In this document: piece after piece, positions 50,634 through 63,900 of the stretch
How the letters are laid out: each line of letters starts with the position of its first letter
Position numbering within the stretch: position 1 is the stretch's first letter
NCBI GenBank assembly: GCA_004022145.1
Contig: RCNU01000003.1
From: Paecilomyces variotii
Taxonomy: Eukaryota
Direction: 5' to 3' (one strand)
Length of the DNA: 64,000 nucleotides
Made by a program: the position numbers and the translations under genes
The notes under the pieces: model-generated
Database searches by the model: none
What the model was told of the DNA's origin: nothing
Seen by the model: only the letters and a program-made list of their open reading frames with translations

Positions 50634-51979
50634 ATGAAGTACTACAGCATCTTTGCCATCCCAATCGTGCGGAACCAGCTCATCGCAAATACCGTTCTGG
50701 TGGTATTGGCCTCCGCCCTGGTGATTCTGCGGTTTGTGTCGAGGAAGCTGCGACGTACGAACATTTGGTGGGATGATGTATGCATCGTGGGATCTCTGGT
50801 AAGTACCATCACAGAGAGGAATGGCACCCACCGTTCTTATCGGATCCAAAATTAATATTCCGCGATGTCTGATCTCCTCTGGCTGACGGACAAATGGGAA
50901 TCAGATCCATACATATGGAATGCTGGGTATGCATTACCAGTATGCACATGTGGGCATGCGGCGCCATGTTGGTGAGATCCCAACCGAGAATACTATCTAC
51001 ATTTTCAAGGTAATCAGCCAGTCCATCCCGCCGATCATCGTCCTGCCAGAGATTCCTGATAATGGCATGTTAATACGGCAACAGGAGCTAGTCGCCTACC
51101 AGATCGTCTACTACAACACCATGGTCCTGGCCAAGTTTTCCTATCTCTTTTTCTATCTCCGCATTTTCGTCTCGCGCTCCTTTCGCCTCGCGGCATGGGC
51201 CTGCATGGCCTGCGCAGCCGCATACTGGCTGGGAAGCATGCTCCAAGTCTTTCTCCTCTGCCACCCCTTTGCGGCCAACTGGAACCAGAGCATACCAGGG
51301 GCACATTGCGCCAGCCAGAACGTCGCGTTCTCCACCATCGGAGCCTTCAACCTGGTCACCGACCTCATGATCATCGTGTTGCCGCTGCACTTCATCCGAA
51401 AATTGCACATGTCTCGGATCATGAGAGTGGGTTTGTCCGCCATCTTCTGTGTGGGCTTTTTGTACGTTGGCGATCTATCCATCAATTCTTCCTCTTAACC
51501 ATTCATGTATTGATTCAATCAATCCGTTCACTAGTATCTCGGCCATCACCATCATCCGAATTCGCGTCCTCACGACGGTCAATTTCACTGACCTTCCCTA
51601 CTCCATGATCTGGGCCGCCTTCTGGAGTGTGACCGAGCCAGCCCTGGCCGTGGCCAACGCGTGCGTGCCGATGATCGGCCCTGTGCTTCGGGTGGCCTTC
51701 CCCAGATGGTTCTCGTCCCGGGGCGCATATGTCTCCAACTCAGCACAACCACATAGTAGCGCGTTTAAGAATTCTCAACGTTTCCGCGACGGCGAATACC
51801 CTCTGACGCGGATGGATGAGGGCGTCACAACCATTGACGTCTCAGCGGCCGGCCACAAACTGGAGGATGATAGTAACTCGGCCAACTACAAGGATCATCC
51901 AGAACGTGAGCCCTATGACATCATTGAAACCAGCGGGATCAATGTGAGGCAGGAATGGTCGGTGACACGCCAGAAATAG
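50634..51979 (+). CDS. Second PTH11-like (rhodopsin-domain) membrane protein without CFEM
   Basis: LRFVSRKL..WWDD, LAKFSYLFFYLRIF, LCHPFAANWN, NLVTDLMIIVLPL and WSVTEPALAVANACVP. Three introns. Confidence 0.88.
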
Positions 51980-54607
51980 CGATGTGCGATGTCTCTAGAA
52001 AAAAGCTTGGGATGTGCTTGTTTTTACCTCTGTGTAATATTTTGTATCGCTATATACCTGACGAATAGAGCTTTCCTTGTTTCCTTTCCTCGAAGTCATA
52101 TATTGGTTTGCGCATAAGATAGGTTAAAAAGGGGAGGGAAATGAAACAATAAAGTAATGGCCGTTTAGACCTACTTTCACGCCTAGAATCTGCTAGTTAG
52201 ATATCTACTCGTTGGTTTGGAAACAATCAAGGAGTCAAGCCCGTCCGAGTTTCTCGTCCAAGATACTGTGCCTGGCATCGTTATAATATTTGGTTGGCTG
52301 TCTACTATCCTCTTAACGGATTAAATGGGACGTATCTAATCCGAGGTGCGGCTGACTATACACATACCGCATAGAACATCAATTAATTTTTCTGCTATTA
52401 GTCCCTATTTTTTAACTAATGGCTTAAGCCCTTTACTAATATGCGGCTGTTCGGCAGTCTCCTACTGGGGCTCTAAAGTCTAGAGATTTCTGGGATTACC
52501 TTAGGGCCCACCCTAGAACGCTACGAGCTCCTAAACGCGGGCACCAACTTTATCTGTTATCTGAATACTTTAAGTAAAGACATCAAGACATTCACTAAAT
52601 AAATAAAATAGTTTTTAAAATTCCCTCTTTACTCGACATAGTCTAGAACAGTCCCACATTAACAGTATCACGTGTCAGCTGTTTATCATAAGATATCTGA
52701 AAAATTATTAGTTTATTATGACTCATAGTCTATTGCTAGTCTCCGATACGACGAGAATGACCTAGACTGGGACCTTCTTAACTGCGCCTGGGACCAGGAC
52801 AAGTTCCAGAGATAATGATCTGATTCCCAGCTTCGCTGTTATCGGTCCTGGGAAGGTCGACTACATGCCCGGGATTGAATTCTAGCTCAGGAACAGCCTT
52901 GTCCTTCCTAGAATCCATAAGCCTCCTGAAGATATAATCAAGAATCATGACCATCTGTCTAATTGATTAAGTGCCTCCTGGTTTATTCCTTCTCAAATAG
53001 TGGGATCCTTGGGAGCATGGCTCGTATTGGGCTCTAGCCTCTGACGTCAGGCATTCGTTGCTGAGCTTCCTAACCAAAGAAGTTCCTTTAAATATGAATT
53101 AACTAGCTCACGCATGAGATCAACGATAGAGGGTTTTGTTAGATGTATCTGGACCAATGCGCTGGGATATTGCGCTGGGGAAAGGCGAGCAGAAAGATCT
53201 CACGAGACATAATTGCGGTTTGCTGAAGGAAAACAAAAGACATTAATGGACTGTTGGTGTTTATGTCAATGAAGAGATTCGACAGTGTTTTACATCTCTA
53301 GAAGGGCACTGCGACTCCGTGAGGTAGGCGGATTTACACCAAATGAAATTGTATGCACAGTCCTATCGTGCAAGAGGGATGTCCAATTATTAGCTGTTTC
53401 GCGTTGATGATTAGCGTTGGTATTGCAGATCCTCAGGTGAGGAGGCGCTTCCTTTGTGTTTTGGGATGCTGTTGTCTGACGGAGCGCTATGCAAGAATAT
53501 AGATCCTCAGGAGGCTATATTGGCACAGAGGTTATCGAAATCTTCCATCGTGTGATCCGTTTAAGCGCCAATATCCACGGGCGATGTGCGGTCACCTATT
53601 AACTGGCAGGAGCGACATGATATATCTGCAGAGCGAGGAATCCGAAGATGACTGAGCCATCCAACTTCTGCTCAACATCGAAGATCTCTCCAACCCGCAT
53701 CACAGTGGGTTTCAACACTTGCCAACGGAGATTCGAGTATTCTTCTATAATGACCAGGCATGTCTCGCGGTACAGAATTCTGATAATGATGGCCTTTTTT
53801 AAGTCACGTGTTAAGGGATACGGGTCAAGTGATCTGGGTGCTTGAGCTACTGGTGCAATAGAGACAGCAGTATAGCGATCGGGACAGGTGGAACCCGCTC
53901 CGCTATGTTCATCCAGAGAGTGGAGGAATAATTACAACTGTTGCCACGTAACTAGGTCTCCCTAATGCAATCTTTCCTCGCTCCCTTCAGCTAAGACAGA
54001 TATCCTAAATCTGACGAATGTCGCTTGATCGAGGCCTACAGATTCGCCCAACCCGAAGAAAACCCCAATATCGCCGAAGATTGCGCGCGAATATAGTATT
54101 TCTCATTGAAACACTTTCAACACACATCAAGAATCCTATATAAGCTTATACAACTAACTAACTAGGACACTAATGGATAAGGCTCTTAAAAGCTGTCAGC
54201 AGGAAGCTTTGATATAGTGCGTAGCCTATATGAGTGATTGAATATACCAGTGACTCCTAGGATACTACACGCGTGTGCAACTTAGGCACTTTTACGCACT
54301 GGTAAGCCTGAGCAATGGGTTAGCAAGATGTGGACATATGCCTGTGAGCAGTGTCATCGAATATGCTACAGAATATCCTGCTATGGCAAATGATACGATC
54401 AGTCAGATTAGGGCTGTACAAGCACCCCTACGGCGCAAATACACCAAAAATACACCAATGACAGGTTAGAACAGTTAGCCAGACCGATATAGCATAAAAG
54501 GACTCGATGAAATTGATCGGTTACAGCGAGGAAGGCTGAATATACTCTTATGAACAATAATAATAATAGCTTCAAATACAGTAGGAGCAAATTCGCGGTT
54601 GCAGTGT

Positions 54608-54664
54608 GGCGCACCCGCAGCGGGACAGCTACCCGTCGGGACAGCTTCCCGCTGTGGGTGCGCC
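54608..54664. repeat. GC-rich inverted repeat / hairpin
   Basis: Arms GGCGCACCCGCAGCGGGA and TCCCGCTGTGGGTGCGCC (18 bp, one G-T pair), with inner AGCT/AGCT and CCCG/CGGG pairing. Confidence 0.85.
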
Positions 54665-55262
54665 CTAAAAGGCACGGATTATGGATATTATGGATACATC
54701 CCATAGTTAAGCTGCGGATTTGTTTCTGAAGTGGATACGTTGTTCCCCATCGACCTCAAGAGCCTAGATGTTGATACAAAAGCCTCGCAAGTTCAGTCAC
54801 TATGAAATACATGCGATCTCGTTTAGTCGCGTGGGGTTTGGGAGAAGTTGTTAACAGTGCTTCAGGTGAAGATTCCTAGGTAATAACTGTTGTAAGTATG
54901 TTGTGGGCTCAATTGGCGTTTTACCTTCTTATCTGCTCGGTCAATCGGTGAACCGCATTCGGCCCGGTAATCAGAGTATGTCGGCTAGTTACGGGGCTCA
55001 GAACTATCATTATAATGAATTATTAATCCTACTGAAGATCTTTGGTCGCCTTCGGTAAAGGTAAAGCTGGTTGAGTTCTGGAGAAAGCCGGATATCTCTC
55101 CGCATCTCCACACTAGGTCAATTTGGGGTCCCCTCGTTTTCTTCGGCAATGCGCTATGACTCCCACGTAGAAGCGTAATGGGACGATGGTTCCTTTATAA
55201 TCCCTTTCTTCCCCTTCGTGGAGCCATCTAAGGCACTACTATGTACTCGTGCGGCCTGCCAG

Positions 55263-57386
55263 ATGGCTATCGCGCAACACAATAGTGGCCCAAAAATGGA
55301 GCACAATGTCGAAGCTAGGGCTGAATCGCCCGATGCGGAAGCGGAAATCAACACCGCGAGGAACACACCGCCGCCCGGATATGGTCTGAATGAGAAGGCT
55401 GAGGGGATGGAATCGGAGGAAATCGAATATCTATATCTCAATTTCGACACACCACTACCCCCACCGGCCGGTATATCGTCCCCGGAACCTGGTCAGCAGC
55501 CGCCGCCAGAACCTCCCAACCTCAAGAAATATATGTCCCCGTTCCTCTGGTCTGAACGGCGCAAGTCACTCATTACGTGGATCTCCTGCGCAGTGACAGC
55601 ACTCGCGGCATATTCGGCTGGAGAGTTCAACCCGGCATCCAAGGTACTTAGTCCTAAATGGCACATCAGTACCGTCGTGTACGATCTGGGCATCACCATC
55701 TTCACAACCGGGTTCGCGATTGCGCCCATGGTCCTAGCCCCATTCTCAGAGATCAATGGCAGGAGACCCATGTTCATATCCAGCGGTATCCTTTTCACGG
55801 GTCAGTAGCTTCGGTCGCAAGTCATGTCTGATTGGATATAGAGGCTGATATTCTTGGGGATAGTATGCCTCATCGGATGCGGAGCAACGGACTCTTTTGG
55901 CGGGATGCTTGTGGCGCGATTCTTCCAGGGTGTAGGAGGATGTAAGTCTATTCTGCAAGTCGTGTCTTTACTTTCTCTTTCAGATGCAAGACTGATGGTT
56001 TTTTTTCTTTTCGAAGCTACTTTTTCCACTATGGTTGGCGGAGTCATCAGTGATATCTACCATGCAGAAGACCGCAATGCCCCGATGGCGTTATTTTCTG
56101 GCGCAGCACTGTTCGGCACAGGCCTCGGCCCCTTGATCAGCAGCATCATTGTACACCGGACCTCCTGGCGATGGGTATACTATTCACATGCTATTGCCTC
56201 TGCCGTTTGCGTTCTCGTAATCTTCATATCGTTCAAGGAAACGCGTGGCAGCATCCTCCTAAGTCGCAAAGCGAAAGCGCTCAACAAATACTATGAAAGA
56301 CTGGAAGAGGCAGGTTACATTGGAGTTCTGGTGCCGGATACGTCCACGGGAAGACGGCGAGTTCAGCGCATCCGATGGAAAGTCAAGGGCGACGAAGAGC
56401 GGGAATCGCTGGTCAAGATGATCAGCATCTCCTGTTATCGGCCGTTCCGTAAGTTGACCGTGATCATTTCGGGGTGAATTAATGCTGAATAACATGTCTA
56501 CCAGATCTGCTCTTCACAGAGCCTGTCGTGTTCTTTTTCTCGCTTTGGGTCGCTTTCAGCTGGGCGGTCCTCTATCTCCAGTTCGGCTCTATTCCGCTGG
56601 TTTTCATGGCAAACCACAACTTTAATTTGGAGCAAGTCGGCGCTGTATTTACCGGTAGGTTCACAGATCAGTTTGAGATGCCTCAGGAAGTTGAAACTGA
56701 TGACCATAGCAATTTGCGTTGGATCTATTATCGCCACTTTCGTGAGTATCTACCAGGAGAGGCTCGCTCAGCGATTTGGCAAGCTCTCCAGTACACCAGA
56801 GGGGCGGTTATATTTCACCTGCATTGAATCGGCCTTGATGCCCGCGGGACTCTTCTGGTTCGGTTGGACCTCCTTCTCGTCTATCCCATGGATCGTGCCA
56901 ACGCTTGCTGTCGGCTGTGCGACAATGGGCATCTTTTCTATCTACCTGGCCGTGTTTAACTATTTGGCCGATACCTATCACCGATATGCAAGCTCTGCTC
57001 TAGCGGCCCAATCTTTCTGTAAATATCTTGATTTTTCCTTTGATCTTTATCTGAGATACTGACAAACATCTTCCAGGCCGTAACCTGCTCGGTGGTATAT
57101 TTCCCTTGGTAACGAATAGCATGTTCAACAATCTCGGCTACCCGGCTGCATCTAGTCTCCTAGGTGGCATCGTACGTCCAGTCTTCTCCCCCTTTCGTAT
57201 CCAGCTGTCACTAATAATATTCCAGGGCGCTCTTCTCACGATTGTTCCTTGGGTGTTGCTGTTCTTTGGGCCAAAGATTCGCGCTAAGAGCAAATTCGCT
57301 AGCGTACGTTGATTTGGTTTCTCCGGCCTTTTGCTCGTCCATGCAGTCTGCTAACTTCTTTGTAGGAAATCATGCATCAGAATTAG
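55263..57386 (+). CDS. MFS transporter, DHA1 drug:H+ antiporter family
   Basis: SPFLWSERRK, APFSEINGRRP, ARFFQG, GPLI..WRW, KETRGS, PEGRL and NYLADTY..ASSALAA. About seven introns. Confidence 0.92.
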
Positions 57387-57687
57387 AGCTACATATACGA
57401 ATAGATTCGTATGTATGTATATGCAAGTCCCAGTCATCGTGTGCAGTCTCACTGCCCGCTTCCGCGAGGAGACTTGCGACACTGTCGCGTTATACTCCCA
57501 GCCCTTGAGCTCCGGGTCCGCGCTTTGAGAAGATGCAGTGATGGCTACGCTGCCGTCCTCGAGCCGTCTACGGAGATTACCTCGCCAGACCCGTCATGGC
57601 GTAGAATCAGCTCCATGGTTGAGCGACGTCTTACGAATTCCGGCATAGACTCATGAAGACAGCTATTTCAGACTTCTAGAAAGACTT

Positions 57688-57688
<1 letters not shown>

Positions 57689-57738
<50 letters not shown>
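57689..57738. repeat. (AC)25 microsatellite
   Basis: Directly visible in the sequence. Confidence 0.97.
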
Positions 57739-57741
<3 letters not shown>

Positions 57742-58615
57742 ATTCCTTCGAGACGGGGATAAAGCTATATTTGTTAATAATGATGTGATAGAAAAAGTGC
57801 ATAATTTAACCCTGTGGCATATATGGGATAATGAGATACTGAGATTGGTGGATCGTATTTACTTGAACGATCGTTTTCTGATCCTTGTCAGACTATGAAT
57901 TACTTTATCATGAAGTGATGCAGTAGATTGATCAGGTCACTCATTTCATTCATTTGCGTGTCGGTACATCGTTCCTGAGCACTAGAGCGTGCTGAGCTGC
58001 ATACTACTACTGTTGTAACTATTAACTAATGTAGTTAACTAACTTGACATCAAGTATGAACTTATGTCAGCACCTTTTCAAATCTGCGGGGAAAAGCTTG
58101 CCCTTCCCTGCAGCGCTCATCGCCTATCCGAAACGTCGGGTCTGCAGGGTCTGAGGGACAATGCATATTCTGGGATCGGGAGGACAACTGACTGCCGTTG
58201 GGTATCGATACTGGGTACAATTCCAATTGGTTGATTTTTGAAATCCTAAGGTTATATTGGAGAGTATATATACTCATAGCAGTAGTAAGTATTACTTTGG
58301 TATCTAGAGTACCATAGTTAGGTACAGATTCTGGGTGGGTCTCCATTATTGGTATGTTAGTGCATGTAGAGTCAAGGTATAGTGAACTATTATTACTACT
58401 TCATGAATAGCAGAGTAATCAACCTCGCAGCCCCAATTACCTACTCTATAGCCAGCGTTTCGAAAACCAACAGTAGTTATTAATATTGTTTACACTGTGC
58501 CATATCCTATGGCCGCAATACCTGCCAGGGTCCTTCTGATCTGAGGGTTACATGCAGCTGCACACAATACGAACGACTGAATTGTGTGCCTTATCCCAGA
58601 GAACATGCTAAGATA

Positions 58616-58815
58616 CAGTACTACGGCAAAAGTTTTCGACACTACAAAAAATTAACTACATAATATTTTTATTTTTAACAGCACCCACAACATAGATATA
58701 CTTAAAATAAAATAAAGAAATAAATATTTATTATCTTAATATTTATAAAAAAAATATAATAAAAATTATTTATATAAGTTCTTATATATTTTTTATACTT
58801 TAAAATATACTACTT
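58616..58815. mobile_element. End of a RIP-mutated Tc1/mariner-like DNA transposon, interrupted by the LTR element
   Basis: TA followed by CAGTACTACGGCAAAAGTTTTCGACACT at the point where AT-richness begins, resembling Tc1-type TIR starts (CAGT..AAAAG). Confidence 0.55.
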
Positions 58816-59172
58816 TGTAAAGAGCTAGGGTGAAGAAGCTCTTTATCAGAGGTGACTAGTCGGACTAGTTAAACAGAATGTGAGATAAGAGGTAGAGACG
58901 CAGGCGAGTAGCCGTCTACGCATAATAGAGTTAAAGATTAGATTTAGTAATAATTAAAATAAATTACTAATCCCTCTAACTTTTATTCTTTTAGGGGTTA
59001 TTTATTTATCTGTCTATTTTACTAGGTTATCTAGATAACTTAATCTTAACAGCTCTATCTATAACTAGCTGATCTAACTATTATATATAAATCTAGTTAT
59101 CTCATTATCCTTTATTATCTATCCTAGGTCTTAGCAGGTCTAGATTAAGTATTGTAGCCCTAGTTCGTGATA
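58816..59172 (-). repeat. 3' LTR (about 357 bp) of the gypsy element
   Basis: Termini are imperfect inverted repeats TGTAAAGAGCTAGGG / (TA)TCACGAACTAGGG, with TG changed to TA by RIP. On the minus strand it is preceded by a G7 polypurine tract at about 59177-59183. Confidence 0.8.
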
Positions 59173-59584
59173 ATATCCCCCCCTATTAAAAGGCTTATCC
59201 TGAGCTATATAAAATTTATTATATAGGTTTAAATATTTAGGCATAGCTATAGTAATAGTAGTAAGTTGCTGTTAAGGCATGCTTATTATATGAATTTATT
59301 TAATATTGGCTTTATTTTAATATTTTTATTTAGGAGATTAAGAGTATTTATATTTTTTGCTAATTAACTCCTGTCCTTCTGCCTGTATATTAAGCTATTT
59401 TTTTCTTATTTCTACAGCTTATTTAGTGCTGCTTTTAATAGTTTAAATATAGAAATAATTAATAGTTATATAGGTATATTAAAAATAGGATTTTTGAGTT
59501 ATTTTTTTATAGGTCCTATATATGCGCTTAATATAAGTTATAACTCTTTAGATTTATATAATAATGCTAATTAATATAATAATA

Positions 59585-60900
59585 CCTCTTAAGCGCTTTA
59601 AGCATATTTTATTTATTTTAGACTCTTTTAATAAGACCTTTATAGCTAGCCTTAAGCTATTATAGCTGCTAATTAAAGATTATCTATTTAATTATTAGCT
59701 TAATATAGATAATAAGTAGCTTAATAAACTATTTCTCCCTCTTATATCTCTAACTGCTAATATAATATTAGAACTAATAACTCCTTTTTTATAAATTATT
59801 TTATTTACCGCCATTAATAATAATAGTAGAGTATCTCTGCTAGAGTTATCTATAAAGAACCCCTTAGTAAAGGAGTATCTTCTATCTAAGATATATAGGG
59901 GTTAGTTTATATCTGGCAATATAGTTCTTCTTATATATAAGGAGATATAGGCTAGTCTATTGCATTCTCTTTAGAAATTAAAATATAATTATAATAATAC
60001 TACTCTTATTATACTTATAATAAAAGAAATTTTTATTTAGCTAGCTAAAAAACTATAAAAGAGGTTAAAAATAAAGAAGGTCCCTAATATAGAGACTTAA
60101 AGAATTTAAGATATTATTATAACTCTTATTCCTAGAGTTAAAGCTGCTATTAAAATATCTCCTCCTTAGATTAATTTAGCTCTCTCTAAGATAATAATAT
60201 TAATTATTATTATTAATACTAATATAGTAATAAATTATCCTGCTGTTTTTAAGACAGATTTTATTATAAATCCTTTTAGCTTAAAGGGTTTAATTAAAGA
60301 CTTTCCTCCTATTTTACAGGAGATATGTCTTTATTATTTAAAGGCCTTAATATAAGATCTAAAGTAATAGTATATCTGTCTTTATATTAATATAAAGTGT
60401 CTTTATTATAAGGGCCTTTATAAGCTATATATCCTTATACTGCTAATATATAAGGCCAAGTTAACTTATATTTAGAGTCTTAGCTAAGAGGCTTATCTCT
60501 TAGATAATTTAAAGTCTTTTAATAAGGCTATAAATATATATATTTCTTCTATAAAAGCATATATATAAAAATCTATATTTAAGACTATTAGACACTAGCT
60601 CAGTACTGCTATTATCTTACTAATCTTATTATATTTTAAATTAGAGTTATTATATCTCCTTTAAGAGTTATATTAAATAATTTATTTATTAAACTGCAAT
60701 ATCTTATATATAATAAATATATTTATCTAATTATAGGGACTATCTCTATTCTCTAATAAGGAGAAGGAAGATATTATTAAAAGATTTTATAATAATAAAA
60801 TAGCTGAGTAGGATAATTTTATAGGCCTATATTTAGATTATTAGCTAGGGCTAGCCTAATTAAATTAAATTATTCCTATTAAGATTTCTTTCTTTTATAT
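59585..60900 (+). pseudogene. RIP-degraded extra ORF antisense to pol inside the retrotransposon
   Basis: One continuous codon-like frame (e.g. CCT GCT GTT TTT AAG ACA GAT; AAG GAG AAG GAA GAT). By eye, its stops are only TAA/TAG, which RIP would produce from Gln/Trp codons. Confidence 0.6.
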
Positions 60901-63900
60901 CTTTTTTAAAACTCTTAAACCTTGTAAGAAAATTAAAAAAAGAGTAATATATATAGTAATATATTTAATAATAATTAAAAAACTTAATAAGAGAAAAAAT
61001 ATTATTATTTATTTGTCTTGCTTTACTTTCTAGTTCTTAGCTTCCTTTTATCTTACTTTTATTTAAGCAGCTTACTTATATTAAAAACTTTGCTGGGGTT
61101 TTTGCTATAATATTCTTCTAAAGCTTTAATTATATATATAAGATCTTCTAATATTTATTATAAGTTTTTATATAAAAGATATCTTTTTTATTTTATTAAG
61201 AACTATTTTTTTTATAAAATATTTATTTGCTAAGGATTTCTTTTACCTCTTATTTTTATTCTTTATTAATAAGAACTAGATCTAGCTGTTTAAGTTCTAT
61301 CTCTTCTTATTAATTATAGGGTTCTAGCAGGGATATATAGAATATTAGATATATTCTGCCTAGACTCTTTAGCAGTTATAATTAGTATATTTGCTTTTTA
61401 ATTATCTCTATTACTTTATAGGATCTAGAAAATTAATAGTTTAACTTCTTATTTAATTAATTAATTTATAGATTCTTTATTAATAAAAAAACTTAATCCC
61501 CTATCTTATATAATTTAGGTATATGTTTCTTATTATAATACTTCGCTTACACCTTAATAATATATTATAAGTGCTTCTCTAACTTTACCCTAATATCTAA
61601 TAATTTTTTAAGTTATTTCTTAATAGCAGGAATATTTAATCTTATTCTTATATTATATTTATCCTAGCTATTAGGATTAAAGCTATAAAGGGCCTTAAAT
61701 AGTAAGTATTTAATAGTAGAATGCTTTATATTATTATAAGTATACTCTGCCGTATTTAATAATAACGCCTAGTTATCTTAATAATAATTTATATATACTC
61801 TTAGATAATACTCTAAGGTTTAATTCTAGTGCTCTATTTGCCTATCTGTTTATAGATAAAAAATAATACTTATTAATTAAGTAATTTATATATACTAATA
61901 AAGCTTAGTCTAATATTTATTAGTAAATACTAATCTCTAATTAGAAATAATTAATATTAGGGGATTAAACTAGTAATATATCCCTTTTATAATTAGGTCA
62001 GCTAAGTCTTCTACTATAATTATTTCTTAGATTAAGATATATAGAGCTATCTTAAAGTATTAGTCTATAACTACTAATATTATATTATATTTAACTCTCT
62101 ATTAAGTTAATAATAGTAGGCTAATAATAAAGTTTATTAATATATTCTGTTAGGGTCTTTTTACTATAGATAGTAAGCTTAACTGCTTATATAGCTTATA
62201 TTTAAGAACTCTATTCCTTTTATAAATATTATAGGTCTTTATATATTCCTATATATTATTTTATATACCTAGCTAGTAGAATTTTTACTTAAATAGTTTT
62301 TTTATAGTTTTAACTTCTTAATAGCTAATATATAGATTATTATAATAAATTTGTAGTAATTCTTACTTTAGTAAATATTTATTTAGGATATAAATCTAAT
62401 CCTATCTTTATAGCAGACCCTTATTATTTATAGTCTATTTAGAGCTTCTAGATTAATTAGTCTCTAAATTACTAATCTTCTTTAGTATAAAGATATCTCT
62501 CTATTAAAGCTACCTAAGTAATTTTAGAAGATTAAGCTTCAGAGAATCCTAGATTATCTTTTTATTAATAACCTTTAATATTAATAGTCTTAGTAATAAG
62601 TATTTGCAATTACTTATACTATCTTTTTTATTTAAAGCATATAGTTTTAGTTTCTTCTATAGGGTAAGTAATAATCTAATCTCCTACTCCTTCTCTAAGA
62701 ATTTATAGTCTAATCTCTAAGATAGTATATTAGCTGTATTTAAATAATCTAGCTTATATTTAATATAAAAGTTATAGCCTGCTAGTAACTTCGCCTATCT
62801 TACCTGCCTATTATTTAAAGTCTTTATTATAAAGAAGTAGCATAGGTTTATATAGTTAGTCTATACCTAAGCAGGGTATTTATTACTATCTAAATAATAT
62901 CTCTAATACTTAAAAGCTTTAATTATTATTAATAATTCCTGGTTATATACTTTATATTAATATTTAATTTTAGTAAATTTCTTTAAAAAGTATATGACTA
63001 GGTGCTATTACCCTATTACCTTACTTATAAGCTACAGTAGAATAATAGCTAAAGTAAATCCTAAGGCATTTATAGCTATTATAATTAGCTTCTTTAAATT
63101 ATAATACTATAATATTAGCAGTTTAATAAATATAGTTTTTAAATCTTTAAATATTTTCTATACTTTAGGTATTTATTTTAATAGGCCTGTCTTCTTATTA
63201 TTCTTACTACTCTTAAGTAAGTCTATTAATAGTATTATAATAGAAAAGTAATTATAAATAAATCTCCTAAAAAAACTTATAAATCTTAGAAAGACTTAAA
63301 TATTATAAAAGGTCTTTAATATAGGCTAATTATAAATTATTTTAATCCTAGAGAAATCTATCTTAATCCTATTATATCCTATAATAAATTTAAGGAAGGA
63401 AATTTCCTTCTTATAGAATTTGTATTTACTTAGCTTTATATATAAATTATACTTACAGAGTCTTTTTAGCACTTTAGAGATATATTATTTATATTCTTTT
63501 TTATCTATTAAGAAGATTAAGATATTGTCTAAGTATATAATACAGCAGATATTTAATAGGCCCCTTAGTACTATATTAATATAGGCTTAAAATATAGCTA
63601 GAGTATTATATAGTCTAAACAATATAATAAGATATTTAAAATAGCTGTATCTAGTTCTAAATACTGTCTTTTATTTATCTCCCCTTTATATATAGATTCT
63701 ATAATAGGCTTCTTAAAGGTTAAGTTTTATAAAGAATCTTATATCTATTAATTAATCTAGTATCTTATTTATTTATAGCAGTAAATAATAATTCTTAATT
63801 ATTTAGATATTTAGTCCTTAATAATTAATATATAAGTATAGTTTATTATCTTTCTTAGGAATAAAAATAATTAATAATCTGGCTGGGCTAATTAAAGCCT

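Noticed and set aside
41000-58600. Starship or secondary-metabolite cluster interpretation of the accessory block
   Set aside because: No tyrosine-recombinase captain, backbone synthase or element boundaries are visible in this window.
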